NCBI GenBank assembly: GCA_950097015.1 | Contig: CATNEN010000034.1 | Span: 1,116,001 to 1,180,000 of the forward strand | Direction of reading: 5' to 3' | From: Macrostomum hystrix | Lineage: Eukaryota > Animalia > Platyhelminthes | DNA length: 64,000 nt | Shown: positions 47,751-61,057 of the stretch, piece by piece | Numbering within the stretch: position 1 is the stretch's first letter | How the letters are laid out: each line of letters starts with the position of its first letter | Position numbers and translations under genes: made by a program | The notes under the pieces: model-generated | Database searches by the model: none | Told to the model about the DNA's origin: nothing | Seen by the model: only the letters and a program-made list of their open reading frames with translations

Positions 47751-48757
47751 CGAACTTAAGGCAAGCAAAGAAATCTAAAATTAGCGACACGATTTCACAG
47801 GCAAAAACGTGGGGACGAAGGCATGGGGGCGGCAAAATGATAAATATAAAAAAGCTTCTCATCAAACAATGTCACTATAAAAAGTTTATGGGAAGACAAC
47901 GTGCGATTCAAGGGGGTTTCATCTATATACTTACGTTAATAAGCAAGTATTTAGAAGTAACAATTAAGAAACTATCAGGCAAGTGTTTCTTAACGCGCAT
48001 CGCAATCTTGATTCAAGAGTATTTTACTCCTGTACTACTACTGGGCCTTTCTATTAAGTAGTCTGGTCGGCAAAAAAAACTAGCTGTTCAGGCGCAAAAG
48101 GTGAGTCGAATAAAATCTGACGACAAAATATGAACTGAAATCTTTAGAAATTTGTAAATTAATCCAGTACAAAACTATATAAACGGGCTTATGGTATATA
48201 ATGAGCAAATCAAACGAATAGAAAATCTCAAGAGAAAACTTTTAATCAAAGGAGGCATGCAAAAATGTCCAATCGATCAACGGCATTCGGATAAACAAAC
48301 AAATCAGAGAAGCTGGGATTTTTGGGAGCTCATGAATGCAATCTAGGAAAAACACTATATGTGTAAATAGAACACAAAAAATAGAGAATAATTATGCAAA
48401 ACGTATGATACTACAACTTGAAACGATCAGTAGAGTGATGCGGGCATAATATATCAGTTATTGGTGATTTATAGTAGCGCTAACATTAGAGCTGTTATTG
48501 TACACTACGAAAAAGTTTTCTAAAAAAAGCTATATAACTTGCACAGAAATAAGTAGCATGTTAGGCGCATTTTTTCTAACGCTAAAGTGTCTTTTAAAAG
48601 TTTTAAAAAATCTAACAAACACACGGCAATTAGGTCTGATGGTGTGGGCTAGGTGTAGAAATTCAATAATTCACATTTCAGACGCGGATAGCAACCGGAT
48701 TGCGCAAAGTAGCGAATGTAAACAAGCCGGTTGCTAAGGGCTGCGAAATTCGAATAT

Positions 48758-51700
48758 TTAGCCAGAACGGGAAGACAGCTCGGCACGTTCGGCGTCTTCG
48801 TCAACTTCGTCCTCGTCGCTGACGCCAGCGCTGGCGGCGCTTCCAAACGAGGCGCCGCCGCCTTTTGAGCCCTTACCGCCGCCGCCGTTTTCGTCTTCGT
48901 CGTCGCTGCCCGGATTGCTGGCGTGCGGAGTGGAAGCCCGGCTGCCAATCGGGCTGGCCACAGCTGACAGGGGCCGGCTAAGGATTATAGAAGAGGGACC
49001 CTTGCCTGCACCGCCGACCTCGCGAATTGAGTCCTTGAACAGGGCCGGATGGGTGGCGGACACCGCGGCCAGGCGGGCTTTGCGATAATAGATGGCCAGA
49101 TTCTTCCAGTCCAGCAGTTCGCTAAGCCGCTCGGTGCGGTTGCGCAGGATGATGCGCTGGCGCCGGTTGAGCTGGGTGAAGTCAAACATGAACTGCGCCA
49201 GCTGCTGCACCTGAGCAATGCCAGGTTGGTTGGCGGAATGGGAGCTGAGGATACACTGTAGACTGTATGGCTGGAGACAGCTGGATGAGCAGCTGCCATA
49301 CTCGAGGTTTTTCTTATGAGCAAGATCAAGGTAATGACTAACTGAGAGTGGAATAAGGGTAATGACCAACTGAGAATGGAATAAGGGTAATGACCAACTG
49401 AGAATAGAATAAGGGTAATGACCAACTGAGAATGGAATAAGGGTAATGACCAACTGAGAATGGAATAAGGGTAATGACCAACTGAGAGTGGAATAAGGGT
49501 AATGACCAACTGAGAGTGGAATAAGGGTAATGACCAACTGAGAGTGGAATAAGGGTAATGACCAACTGAGAATGGAATAAGGGTAATGACCAACTGAGAA
49601 TGGAATAAGGGTAATGACCAACTGAGAATGGAATAAGGGTAATGACCAACTGAGAGTGGAATAAGGGTAATGACCAACTGAGAGTGGAATAAGGGTAATG
49701 ACCAACTGAGAGTGGAATAAGGGTAATGACCAACTGAGAATGGAATAAGGGTAATGACCAACTGAGATACTTAAAATTGGGGAGCAGAGCGGTAATGCTC
49801 ACTTAAGTACGTGATCTGGAATCCACGGTCAGGCCATATCAAATTAGATGCGCATACTGATCAGTGCTACAGATATAATGTAATGGTAGCCCTGAAATCT
49901 CAACACCCTTATTGCATTGTTTAACATAAATAGATGTTCCGTCTTAATGCACTAGCAGCTATTGTGTGCAAGAAAACAACAAAAAAAGATAATAATATCT
50001 CAAGTGATCCTATGCATTTGCTACACAAAGGTGTGTGACACACACTTTAATAACACCAGTTAAGATATGCATCGGAATTAATAGGGTGGAGCAGATAACA
50101 GATAATAGAAGCACAAAGCTATAGAAGCATAGGAGCAGTTCTTTGCAAGACAAAGATAAGATCGAGAGCAAGGCTTTAATAGAGAAATGGCTAGAGATAA
50201 AGAGTCGAGGAACTCTGGCGGGCCGACTTAATTGATACCCGACTCAGTGGTTGCTAGACAGAGTAAGGGAGAAAGGAAGGAACGATAAAAAATTGGTAGC
50301 CAGGTAGATTTCTACCAGGTAGGTAGAAATAAAGTCTACAGAGACGAAATCTATAACTTACGGACTCCTCTCCGGAGCGGTAGCGCCTGTCCACCACGTA
50401 GATGCCGTAGCTGGCCGGATCCTCAATGTGCTGCTCCATGAAGCAGCCGAAGCCGCTCAGATTAGTCGACACTGACGGTATGCCCAGCACTGTGCACTCG
50501 GCCGGAGTGTAGCCCCACGGCTCGTAGTAGGAGGGGAACACGCCAAGGTGGCAGCCGCGCACAAACTCTTCGTAGTCCATCGGCAGCAGCGGATTGCTGC
50601 TATTGAGAAACTCCGGATGGAAGACAACTTTCACCCGGTCTGAACGATTGTTAAACAGCTGGCAGCGGCGCAGGTCGGACAGCACGGGGTCTTTGTCGTC
50701 GTCCATGACATTGTGCGTGCATATTGGCGGCAGCTGGGTTCGGTTTGTGCCATAGACGCAGCGCTTCAGCTGGACAATGTCCTCTTGGCGCAGGACTTCC
50801 TTGCCTTCGGGTATGCGGCCCTGCAAGCCAAGGATTAGCAAGCAAGCGGAGTTAGCTTGAAAGATAACAGCCATTAATGACAATAAACAGGAGGGCGGGT
50901 GAGCCCGCGAGTACGGGTGGGTTTAGCGGATGTAATAGGGTGGGTTTCGCGGATGAGATGAGTGGGTTTCGCGGATGAGATAAGTGGGTTTAGCGGATGA
51001 GATGAGTGGGTTTAGCGGATGAGATGGAGTGGGTTTCGCGGATGAGATGGAGTGGGTTTAGCGGATGAGATGGGGTGGGTTTAGCGGACGAGATGGAGTG
51101 GGTTTAGCGGATGAGATATGTGGGTTTCGCGGATGAGATGAGTGGGTTTAGCGGATGAGATGGAGTGGGTTTCGCGGATGAGATGGAGTGGGTTTAGCGG
51201 ATGAGATGGGGTGGGTTTAGCGGACGAGATGGAGTGGGTTTAGCGGATGAGATATGAGGGTTTCGCGGATGAGATGAGTGGGTTTCGCGGATGAGATGAG
51301 TGGGTTTAGCGGATGAGATGAGTGGGTTTAGCGGATGAGATGGAGTGGGTTTAGCGGATGAGATATGTGGGTTTCGCGGATGAGATGAGTGGGTTTAGCG
51401 GATGAGATGGGGTGATTTTAGCGGATGAGATGGGGTGATTTTAGCGGATGAGATGGGGTGATTTTAGCGGATGAGATGGGGTGATTTTAGCGGATGAGAT
51501 GGGTGGGTTTAGCGGATGAGATGAGTGGGTTTAGCGGATGAAAGCACCAACTTACCTGCAGGCACAGCTCAAACATTCTGTTTCCAATGTCCTGCTCAAT
51601 CTGTTTGCAGGTGTCCCGCATGCCCTTCACAATGGCCTGACCGCGAAATGATTCAACATTGAACGAAGCAGTGCGAGCCGGAAAGATCAGAAACGCGACC

Positions 51701-52586
51701 ACAGTGACGGCGCTATTGATCTCCTTCAAGTAGAAATTGAGGCGGGCCAGGGCCTCGATAAACACATCGGCTCCCTTATTGGAGTACTCGTACCGGCCAG
51801 CGATGAAGAAGTACAGCACCTTGTCCATGTCGAAGTCGTAGTGGCCGTGAAAGTGGCCCTGGATGAATCGGTTAATCTTGTCCTTGGCCATAGCGTGCCG
51901 GTTCTGAGGAATTTTTTTTAATGGGACATTGACAGTTACCTGATGCTCCACATAAAAATAGAATGTCACCTAGTGATGCCGTAGCATATTGGTAGTTTCT
52001 TGATCCTTCATGGAGACATTGATAGTTCCCTGATGCTTCAGTGGGATACTGACAGTTTGTTTCCCTGATGCTTCAGTGGGATACTGACAGTTTTTTCCCC
52101 TGATGCTTCAGTGGGATACTGACAGTTTGTTTCCCTGATGCTTCAGTGGGATACTGACAGTTTGTTTCCCTGATGCTTCAGTGGGATACTGACCGTTTTT
52201 TCCCCTGATGCTTCAGTGGGATACTGACAGTTTGTTTCCCTGATGCTTCAGTGGGATACTAACAGTTTGTTTCCCTGATGCTTCAGTGGGATACTGACAG
52301 TTTGTTTCCCTGATGCTTCAGTGGGATACTGACAGTTTTTCCCCTGATGCTTCAGTGGGATACTGACAGTTTGTTTCCCTGATGCTTCAGTGGGATACTG
52401 ACCGTTTTTTCCCCTGATGCTTCAGTGGGATACTGACAGTTTGTTTCCCTGATGCTTCAGTGGGATACTGACAGTTTGTTTCCCTGATGCTTCAGTGGGA
52501 TACTGACAGATTCTTTCCATGATCTTAAATATCGATAGCTCCCCGATTCCATAGTAAGATACATAGCTAGATAAGAGCAATTAGAA

Positions 52587-52638
<52 letters not shown>

Positions 52639-55600
52639 GAAACTCGTGCAGGGCGGCAAACTTGACCACGTTTAGTCCGTTGGGTGTGATGACGTCAGGC
52701 GAGCGTTTCAACAAGAACTGGCTCTCCAGGCCGGTGATGTCGGACACGGTGGTAAACACGTGGCTGCAGTGTACGGCAGCTCTCTCGATGCAATACCTGT
52801 GATAGATGTTGCGATCGCCGGCCTCCTTATCGATGTCGAATTTGTCCAGATTATTGTAGAAATCGACATGGCCGGCGCACAGGTAGCGGCCCAGCAGGGT
52901 GGCGTGAGTGGTGAAGACCGTAGAGATTTGCAGCCGGCGACACCTGCTCAGGATCAGGCCGACTCCGGTGAGCCATTCGTGAAAGTGGGCGGTCACGGGC
53001 ACAGCGGAAGGATCATCGCCCAGGTTAGTTAGCTGGCTGCGAAATTCGCCAAGGAACCAGGCGACTAGGGCGCCGAAAATGGTGGCGTCGTTTGACTCGC
53101 GGTCGTGATAGGGGATTCCGATGTGAGCCTGCGGTGGCGATTTGCGAGATGATTTGGGTCAGTCTAAGTGGGTCAACAAATGAGATGATTTGGGTCAGTC
53201 TAAGTGGGTCAACAAATGAGATGATTTGGGTCAGTCTAAGTGGGTCAACAAATGAGATGATTTGGGTCAGTCTAAGGGGGTCAACAAATGAGATGATGTG
53301 GGTCAGTCTAAGTGGGTCAACAAATGAGATGATTTGGGTCAGTCTAAGTGGGTCAACAAATGAGATGATTTGGGTCAGTCTAAGTGGGTCAACAAATGAG
53401 ATGATGTGGGTCAGTCTAAGTGGGTCAACAAATGAGATGATTTGGGTCAGTCTAAGTGGGTCAACAAATGAGATGATGTGGGTCAGTCTAAGTGGGTCAA
53501 CAAATGAGATGATTTGGGTCAGTCTAAGGGGGTCAAAAAATGAGATGATTTGGGTCAGTCTAAGGGGGTCAACAAATGAGATGATGTGGGTCAGTCTAAG
53601 TGGGTCAACAAATGAGATGATTTGGGTCAGTCTATGTGGGTCAACAAATGAGATGATTTGGGTCAGTCTAAGTGGGTCAACAAATGAGATGATTTGGGTC
53701 AGTCAATTGGGTAAAAAATAAGGTGACTTAGGAGGGTTAAGAAATCAGATGACTTGAGTCAGTCTAGTAAGTCTGTATTTCTCTAGGGTATGGGTTAAGC
53801 TATGAGCCAATCTGACAGTTTATTAAGCAAAAAAACTCGGTGGCATTGGCACATTTTGGTTGTTATTACTAATTGCAATAATGTGTAATAATAACTTTAC
53901 AAAAAAATCATGAGTCGAATGAGCCAACCTTCTCCCAGAGTTCATGCTTGAACTCGTCCAGCCGGTGAGCGCTGGTGCCAATGTCGAATAGCACCACGTT
54001 GGGATAGCCCTCGATTAGCCAACGGCCGGTGACCACTTTGCAGCCAGCAGCACGCATAGCTTGAACAGTTCGCTGAAGTGCCTCATTGCTGGGCTCGCCA
54101 TATTCAAGCTCGGTGCGGCAGCAGTGCTCATTGTAGGGACCCAGCAGTACATAGTGGTCTTTTAGTTCGTCAACAGACACTCCAGCTTTAGTGCGGATCA
54201 CAGTGTAGATGCCACCGACTGACAATTAAAAGGGAATTTGTGTTGCATTTGCTTTAACTACATATTAGAATATATAAACAGTGTCACATTAAAATATTGT
54301 CAAGTTAAAAAAGGAGTTTCAAACTTTCCATGAATTAACAATGGATTCATGTTCCATGAACTAAAAACTATCAGAACTTGTGTCAAAACTAGCAGGTATA
54401 ATAGTGGTAGTAGTGACCAGTCATTACTAACCTCCTATCAGTAGCAGTGTCATAGCAAACAATTCAACTTTATTTATACATTTATAAATTACATTACCCT
54501 ATTAGAGTTTATATAGATGGCAACCACTATGCTCAAGGAAAACTTATTGAGTATATCAATATATCTCCTTGTGCCCCAGGAATCAAGGTTTGCCTGCATA
54601 TCTGTATGCTTGATAGGATATCTATATGTTTTTGGACTTGTTTAGGAAAGACTACATAAGACAACTCTGTTTGCACTACTGATGCTGATATATCAGTATA
54701 TATATGTTTGCACTACTGATACTGATATAAAAGTAAAGTTTATGAAATTATTTGAAAGACAACATTTTTGCTCACTAAAATAAAATCATGTTTTGCACAG
54801 CATTAGTTTCTATAACTTAGTACATGTTCACATTTGCTAAACACAAGTCATGAAAAGTTTATATATTTTATAAATTATTCTGAAGTGTTGACAGAACAAG
54901 AACACACAACTCAAAAAGCTGCCTAGCAACTGGAAAAGACTGGCTTCTCTATCCCTTGGATGCCGATTTCCTTGGTAACACGCCACAAAGTGTTTGTTTG
55001 TCCCACCTTCTGCCAACAACTCTGTACTTTGCAGTGCTTAAATATAATGGAAATAACTGCCAGGTCACTACTTACACTCTTTCTCTCCCACTCAACCTGC
55101 AAGCAAGGCCAGGCCAGGTCTTGTGTCTTTTTTGTGCTACCTATAATCTATATATAAATATGTTTGTCTCATAAAAATAACTCTTATAATTACATACACA
55201 AAAGTAAGAAAGAAATTAATAACATTACAGTTGGCATAAAACAATAAATATAAATTATCATGTTTTAATTATAACATAGGGCCTTCAAAGCTATATGATT
55301 TTTGTGTGTTTGCTTGCAAACTTTGTAAAAATCTTCCTTTTTCCTTGATAAGTTTTGTTAATTCTTTGTAATGCCAGAAGTAAAAAACGCAATGAAAAAC
55401 ATATAAAGAGATATCAAATTGTTTTAGTTTAGGCCTATTGTATCCACTAGTGGAAACAAAGGGGAATAAATCCTAAACCAAATCCTAGATAGCAATACCA
55501 ATACCCTAGATTTAGGGACTTCTTGAACTTTTACCCTACTTTCCCAATTGCCTTCTCCATTCGAGCTTCACCCACTCTCTTTTAGTTGGTCATAGACCCA

Positions 55601-55873
55601 TTTTACAATATATGAGAAGTTTGTCATTTTACTACTAGCATTTAAAACTTTACCTGCATTTTACTTTTGCCATAGCTACACAAAAAGCCAATAAAAAATT
55701 AACTTACCTTTGTTTACAACCTCCCATGCGATTTCAAAAACCCACCGCTTTTGATAGTTCTTCAATGCATCGTTTCCTTCTAAATAAAATAGTTCAAATT
55801 CAGTGTCGTTATCCCCTGTAAGACGAAACATAGAGGACCTTCTTTTCATTCCAAAGCCTGAGCTCAATGCCAT
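48758..55873 (-). CDS. GYS: Glycogen synthase, 735 aa; exons 55873-55708, 54218-53929, 53128-52637, 51903-51556, 50820-50362, 49210-48758
   Basis: [81 protein letters not shown], regulatory [15 protein letters not shown] and a C-terminal Ser cluster; phases consistent; total 2208 nt. Confidence 0.98.
49325..49770. repeat. 28-bp intronic minisatellite
   Basis: Unit AGTGGAATAAGGGTAATGACCAACTGAG, about 16 copies. Confidence 0.96.
50930..51541. repeat. 21/22-bp intronic minisatellite (GGGTTTAGCGGATGAGATGAGT)n
   Basis: About 28 copies, ending about 12 nt from the donor site. Confidence 0.96.
52025..52510. repeat. 35-bp intronic minisatellite
   Basis: Unit CCCTGATGCTTCAGTGGGATACTGACAGTTTGTTT, about 14 copies. 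Confidence 0.96.
52590..52636. repeat. (CA)n microsatellite whose minus-strand first GT is the splice donor
   Basis: Minus strand reads CAG|GTGTGTGT... Confidence 0.93.
53147..53705. repeat. 36-bp intronic minisatellite
   Basis: Unit GAGATGATTTGGGTCAGTCTAAGTGGGTCAACAAAT, about 15 copies, close to the acceptor. Confidence 0.96.
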
Positions 55874-57239
55874 TATTGTGACGATTAGCTAAGAAATACA
55901 ATGCTATCTGAATGATATATAGAAGCTATCTTAATCAATACAATCAATACGAGCTATCTTAGACAACTTTTTATGTTTTCTTTGAAAAAAACAACGTTAC
56001 TTGACTTCCAACACTCTAATGTATATTCCTGGTGTGTATGTGCATGCATGCGAAGGGTAAAAATATAATATATCAGAATTTAAAATTGTAGGAAAAAACA
56101 TTCATTAAATTAAAAAGTGTTTGTCCTTTTTTCAATTATCTTTTTTGTTGCTCAAGAGATCCATAATTTTCAAGTAACGTCTCTTTTCCGATATACAGAA
56201 TGAGCAATTTTTCTTATAAAAACCTAAAATACTCGTTTTCTTTTTATTAATAAGTGACTCCTGAAGCCTTCCGTGTTTTAGATCTTGACTACATTTTCAA
56301 GTTACAAATGCTAGGTTACAACATAGCTAAATAAGTTTTCATCGTTTCATTTAGTCTACATTCAACACTTGAAACTACGAGTACAAAGATGACTCTTTGA
56401 AACTACATGTTATTAAAAAAAGCTTTACAAAATCATAAGACTACACAGTACTATCGCTTTTCAATTAGAATCAATTGTAAAATATATAAGCACACTTTGT
56501 GCGGCTAAATTAAATGAAACTTGTATCCTATATTTAAAGATGAATAATTATTCTTTGTACTCTTAGGCCGTAACGCTAACTTAAGAATGGGTTTCAATAA
56601 AAATGCGAAAAATATTTGAGCAAAGTATTAAGTTGGATTTAAACTATAAGATAATGAACTTGCTCCTGCAAGATAATACAATTAAAAAAATAAAATTTTG
56701 TTGGCGAAAGCATCTTAAGGATTCTATTCAAATACAAATAATTCAATGCACAACAGCTTGAGTACACAAGAAAAAGAGGTAAAAGACAAAAATAAAGCAT
56801 TGCAATAAGACAGCAAATAAAAAGTATACACAACAAGCAATAATCCTGCATTAGGAAAGTACATTGCTTGTTTAGATTCGAGTAAATTTAGTGAAATGGA
56901 ATACGCAGATATATAGGGACTATGCCTTACAAAATAAAAGCTATACAAATCGTGTGTAAAGGCAATTTAAGTTACTGTGAAATGAAAGAAAACAGTAAAG
57001 ACAAAACTAAGAGAAAACTGAAAAGCACCTTATTAAAAAAAGTGATCTTACACTTTGCTAAAACTAAAAACTACAAAAGACCGAATTGTATTCATTTAAA
57101 TGCTGCTGCACATTAAAGTGCAAAACTTCAAACTCGCCTAGAGGGTATTGTAAGTACATGCGCCAATGTAGAAACGCCTAAAAAGGATGAGGAAGCAATT
57201 AGGTAAGTTCCAATTTGACCAATTTGCCATCAGAGTTCA

Positions 57240-60200
57240 TCAGGCAGCGGAATTCGGCGACTTAAGCGACGCCTGCAGGCGCCGAATTTGATTGTCGATG
57301 CGGGCTAGACCCAGACGAAATTCTCGATCGTCGCTATCTTCGCCACCGACAGTTTCGTTGCCATTGGCAACCGTATTTGGGGCAGATTTCTTAACCAGCG
57401 GCTGCTTCTCGACGTCAAGCGTTGGGGGCGAAGGCTGAACAGTTCGGTTGTCGCTTTGCTGTCGCTGCTGCAGTCCAGCCTGCAGTGGCGTCCAAGCCAT
57501 CTTTGTCATGGAGCCTCCGGAGGCTGGTACGGTTTCGGCTGGCTTGATAGTGGCAACAAATTTCGCTGCGGCAGTGACGGATGCAGCGGCGCAAGAGCAG
57601 ACGTCGATAGAGACGTCGCAGTCTGTATCATCGTCAGCTTGTTCGCTGTCCGTCGTGTCGACTATATCGCTATCCTCAGTATCGTCGACTCTGACTTCGG
57701 CAGCTGCGGCTGCTGCCGCTGCAGCGGCACTTTTATAATTGCCGTGATCCCGAAAAGACTCACTGGAGGCTCTGGCGATGTAGCCCAGGCTGCGGTTGAT
57801 GCGCCTGCAGGTGCAGTTGTGGGTACTACAACTAAATTCTCACATAGCACTTAGTTGTCTTTGCCTAGAAGACAAAAAGACCACAGCAAGAAAGGAACAA
57901 AGAAGTCCGTCCCGAATGATCAATTAGACAGTTCTCATAGACCACTGACGGTCCTGAAGAACCAAGGAAGATTACTGTTCTGAAGGACCAACAAGACAGT
58001 CTTGAAGAACAAAAGAAGACGGTTCCGAAGGACCAAAGAAGACGGTTCCGAAGGAACGAAGAAGACGGTTCTGAAGGAACAAAAGAATGCGGTAAAATAG
58101 ACGGTCCTAAAGGACAAAATAGAAAGGCTTTGGGTGACCAAAGAAGACAGCACTGAGGGATCTAGGAGGACGAAGGTAAGGCCATCAAGAACCGAAGAAA
58201 TGAGGACAGAATAAAACCAGTGAAATCCACCAGTATCTTGTCTAGCTCACCGCATTTTCTCCTGGCAGGAAAGCAGCTGGCAGTCGCGCTCGCCCAGGGC
58301 GGACGCCAATCGGCGGGTCTCCTTTTCGAGAGCCTCAACTCGCGCCTCGGCGCCGACGCGCGCCTCTCTCTCCCGGTCGGCTTCGGCACGCAGTCGGGCC
58401 TCACGACGAAGAGCGTCGTGTCGCAGCCGCATAAGCTCGTTCTCCCTGGAGCACAGCTCGGCTAGGCGAGCCTCCGCCTCGGCTCGGCTGCGCTGCAGGG
58501 CAGCCTCCGTTGAGGCTAGGCGGACCAGCAGCTCCTGGGAGGACTGGCAGTCTCCAGCGGTACACTGAACAGTTGGAGCTTGTCCTACATCTTCTTTGAC
58601 GACTGGCGGCGGATGCTGCTGCTGCGGACGGTGACGCGCTTTCACTGGCTTGCCGTGTCGACAGACAGACTGTCGATGGTGTTGCTGCTGTTTCTGATGA
58701 TCGCGATCCGTATCGCGAACTGGTCGCTCAGAGCCGGTGGGCATGATCGGAAGACTAGCAGCAAGCGGCTCCGACGGCTGCTGCTGTTGGTTAGCAACGG
58801 TTGTTAACGGCAACGTAGGTTCCGGACGAAGAGTCTGGGCAAACTGATGCTGCTGTTGGCTAGCAACGGTTGCTAACGGCAACGTAGGTTCCGGACGAAG
58901 AGTCTGGGCAAACTGACGCTGCTGTTGGCTAGCAACGGTTGCTAACGGCAACGTAGGTTCCGGACGAAGAGTCTGGGCAAACTGATGCTGCTGTTGGCTA
59001 GCAACGGTTGCTAACGGCAACGTAGGTTCCGGACGAAGAGTCTGGGCAAACTGATGCTGCTGTTGGTTAGCAACGGCTGCTAAGGTCGCATTAGACTCGG
59101 GGTAAAAAGTTTGAGCGAATTGGCGACGCTGCTGCTGTTGGTGCTGATTGTCAACTGTTGTGGATGTGGCTGTCGACTCCAATTGAAATGTCGCCTGGCC
59201 AGACTTTATTGACTGATGCTGGTTAGCAACAGTTGCTAGGGCCGCAGAGGAATGGGGGCGGGTGAGTGTCTGAGCCAACAGCTGATTCTGACTCCGGTGA
59301 TTAGCAACGGTGTCCAAGGGTGCATTAGACCCAGGATGAAGGGTCTGTCTAAACTCGCTATACTGCTGCTGCTGCTTCGGAGGAGGCTGCGACTTGTGCC
59401 TGGTAGTTTGAGCAGTGCGCGAATTGGTTGTCTTACTAGCCGAGCCTGCAAAAAGAGATTTAAAAAGTACGAACTCAGAATAGAGAAAAAAGAAGAAGTC
59501 ACGCAATACAAATCACGTGCTAACGGGCTAATGAGGTAACTATAGGATAAAAGTTTGTCTCTTATGCTAAAAATTTATAGAAAAACTTTTTGAATTGAAA
59601 CCGAAAGCGCATCAACAGGTAACAATAAAACAATGCTTAGTATGTTCACCTACTTGTCTTACTCATCTGCTTGTAACTTGGCAAACTGTAAGCTTCAATA
59701 AGGAGAAGTTGAAATAATATTAATTGTGATAATATTGCGCTTTAATAGAACAAAACTCCGCGTTACCTAATAGAAAACAGGCTATACTTAAACTTACCGG
59801 ATTCCTCAGTGCCAGACTTGGCAGTCAGTGTGCTCTGATCCTTCAGTTCGTCCAACAGTTCCTGGTCTTCCTCACCGGCTGTATCAGAATTCAAAGAGAA
59901 AATTGTGAGCTTTAAGTAAAGAAATTCGAAACATTTAAATAGAACGGTAAGAAGTTCTATTGTTTACGTAAGTATATAAAGCAATTTGAACAGATCAGAT
60001 AATAAAACTGTTTTTTAGAATGCTCTTCTTTAGTTAAGCAAAGCGAGAACTTTATGACGGCTTTTATGATGGATTCTCGCAGAACTGAAAGTGACAAAAA
60101 CTAGGCAATCAGATTTGAAACCAGCTAGGGTCTGCTTACAAGCTTCATTTGATTTGACAGAGATTTATATGAAGACATATTTGATGTGCAGTTGTTTAAA

Positions 60201-61057
60201 CGATTACATAACTTCCTGTCTGTAACACCAGGCAAGTCAACTGACAGTTTTTAGCACCTTAGCTATTTATTTACCAAAAATCCCAGCTATGTTGCGTAAC
60301 CACTAATTGCCATATCTACTAAAAGCAGGTAAGCAGGCGTACTTAAAAATACATCCGAAATTGCTTAAGAACGATGGGGTAAGTAGCAGAGCGGTCTAAC
60401 GCAATTTCCTCTCGCACCAAGGTCCCTGAGCTCGATTCCGCGGTGAAGCAACATTAATTCGGGGCGCAGCCGCAGAGAGAAGGCTCATTGTGCAATTCTG
60501 CGCCATTAAGGGCCAAACTCCTAGTCACTGCAAGAGTGTACACTGCCTGACAATGAGAAAGTAAAGGCAGATGTACACACCTGTGTCTGAGTGAATGTGC
60601 GCCTGCGTACAGTATCTGTGTGCTCTGGAGTCAGCGGAATGGGCAGAATTGCCTCCTTGCTGGCTGCGGGTGTACTGTCAGAAAATGATGCGCGATTGAC
60701 TGCAGCCTTCCTGCGAACAATAATAAGTAACTTATAAATAACAATTGTGGACTCACAGCTGCTAGACATGATGTCTGCAAGCAGTTGACTGCAGCCATGC
60801 AGTTTGCCCACCAGCCCACCAGATGGTTTCTGTCCAACATTAAACGAAGCCTAAAAAATAAAGAAATGTGAAACTACTTGTCCCAATGATTAGACATTTA
60901 GTAATAAACAGACACTGAAAAGGTCAACAGAACATACAGTCCTAGCAACATTGCTGTTGGCAATAAACGATGATGCTGGCTCTTGCCAAGTAGTCCTACT
61001 TGGCTGCTGACACTGCTTAGCTGGCGTGTTGTGGGCAGCCTTGTGTGACTGACTCAT
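57240..61057 (-). CDS. Orphan Gln-rich repeat and coiled-coil protein; exons 61057-60938, 60850-60757, 59878-59798, 59445-58251, then a last exon from 57864 (504 aa) or from 57831/57825 to 57240 (about 693 aa)
   Basis: Long GC-rich ORF 58247-59506 with 23-aa repeats and a heptad coiled coil; upstream exons have GT-AG borders with mutually consistent phases; no family recognised. Confidence 0.65.
57950..58145. repeat. About 21-bp degenerate intronic minisatellite (GAAGACGGTTCCGAAGGA core)
   Basis: About 9 imperfect copies. Confidence 0.85.
58790..59075 (-). repeat. 69-bp coding tandem repeat (FAQTLRPEPTLPLATVASQQQHQ), about 4 copies plus degenerate flanks
   Basis: 69-bp period, frame-preserving. 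Confidence 0.92.
60376..60740 (+). mobile_element. tRNA-derived SINE, copy C
   Basis: A-box TAGCAGAGCGG 60384-60394, B-box GAGCTCGATTCC 60428-60439, same body and 3' domain as copies A and B, AAT-rich tail. Confidence 0.85.
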
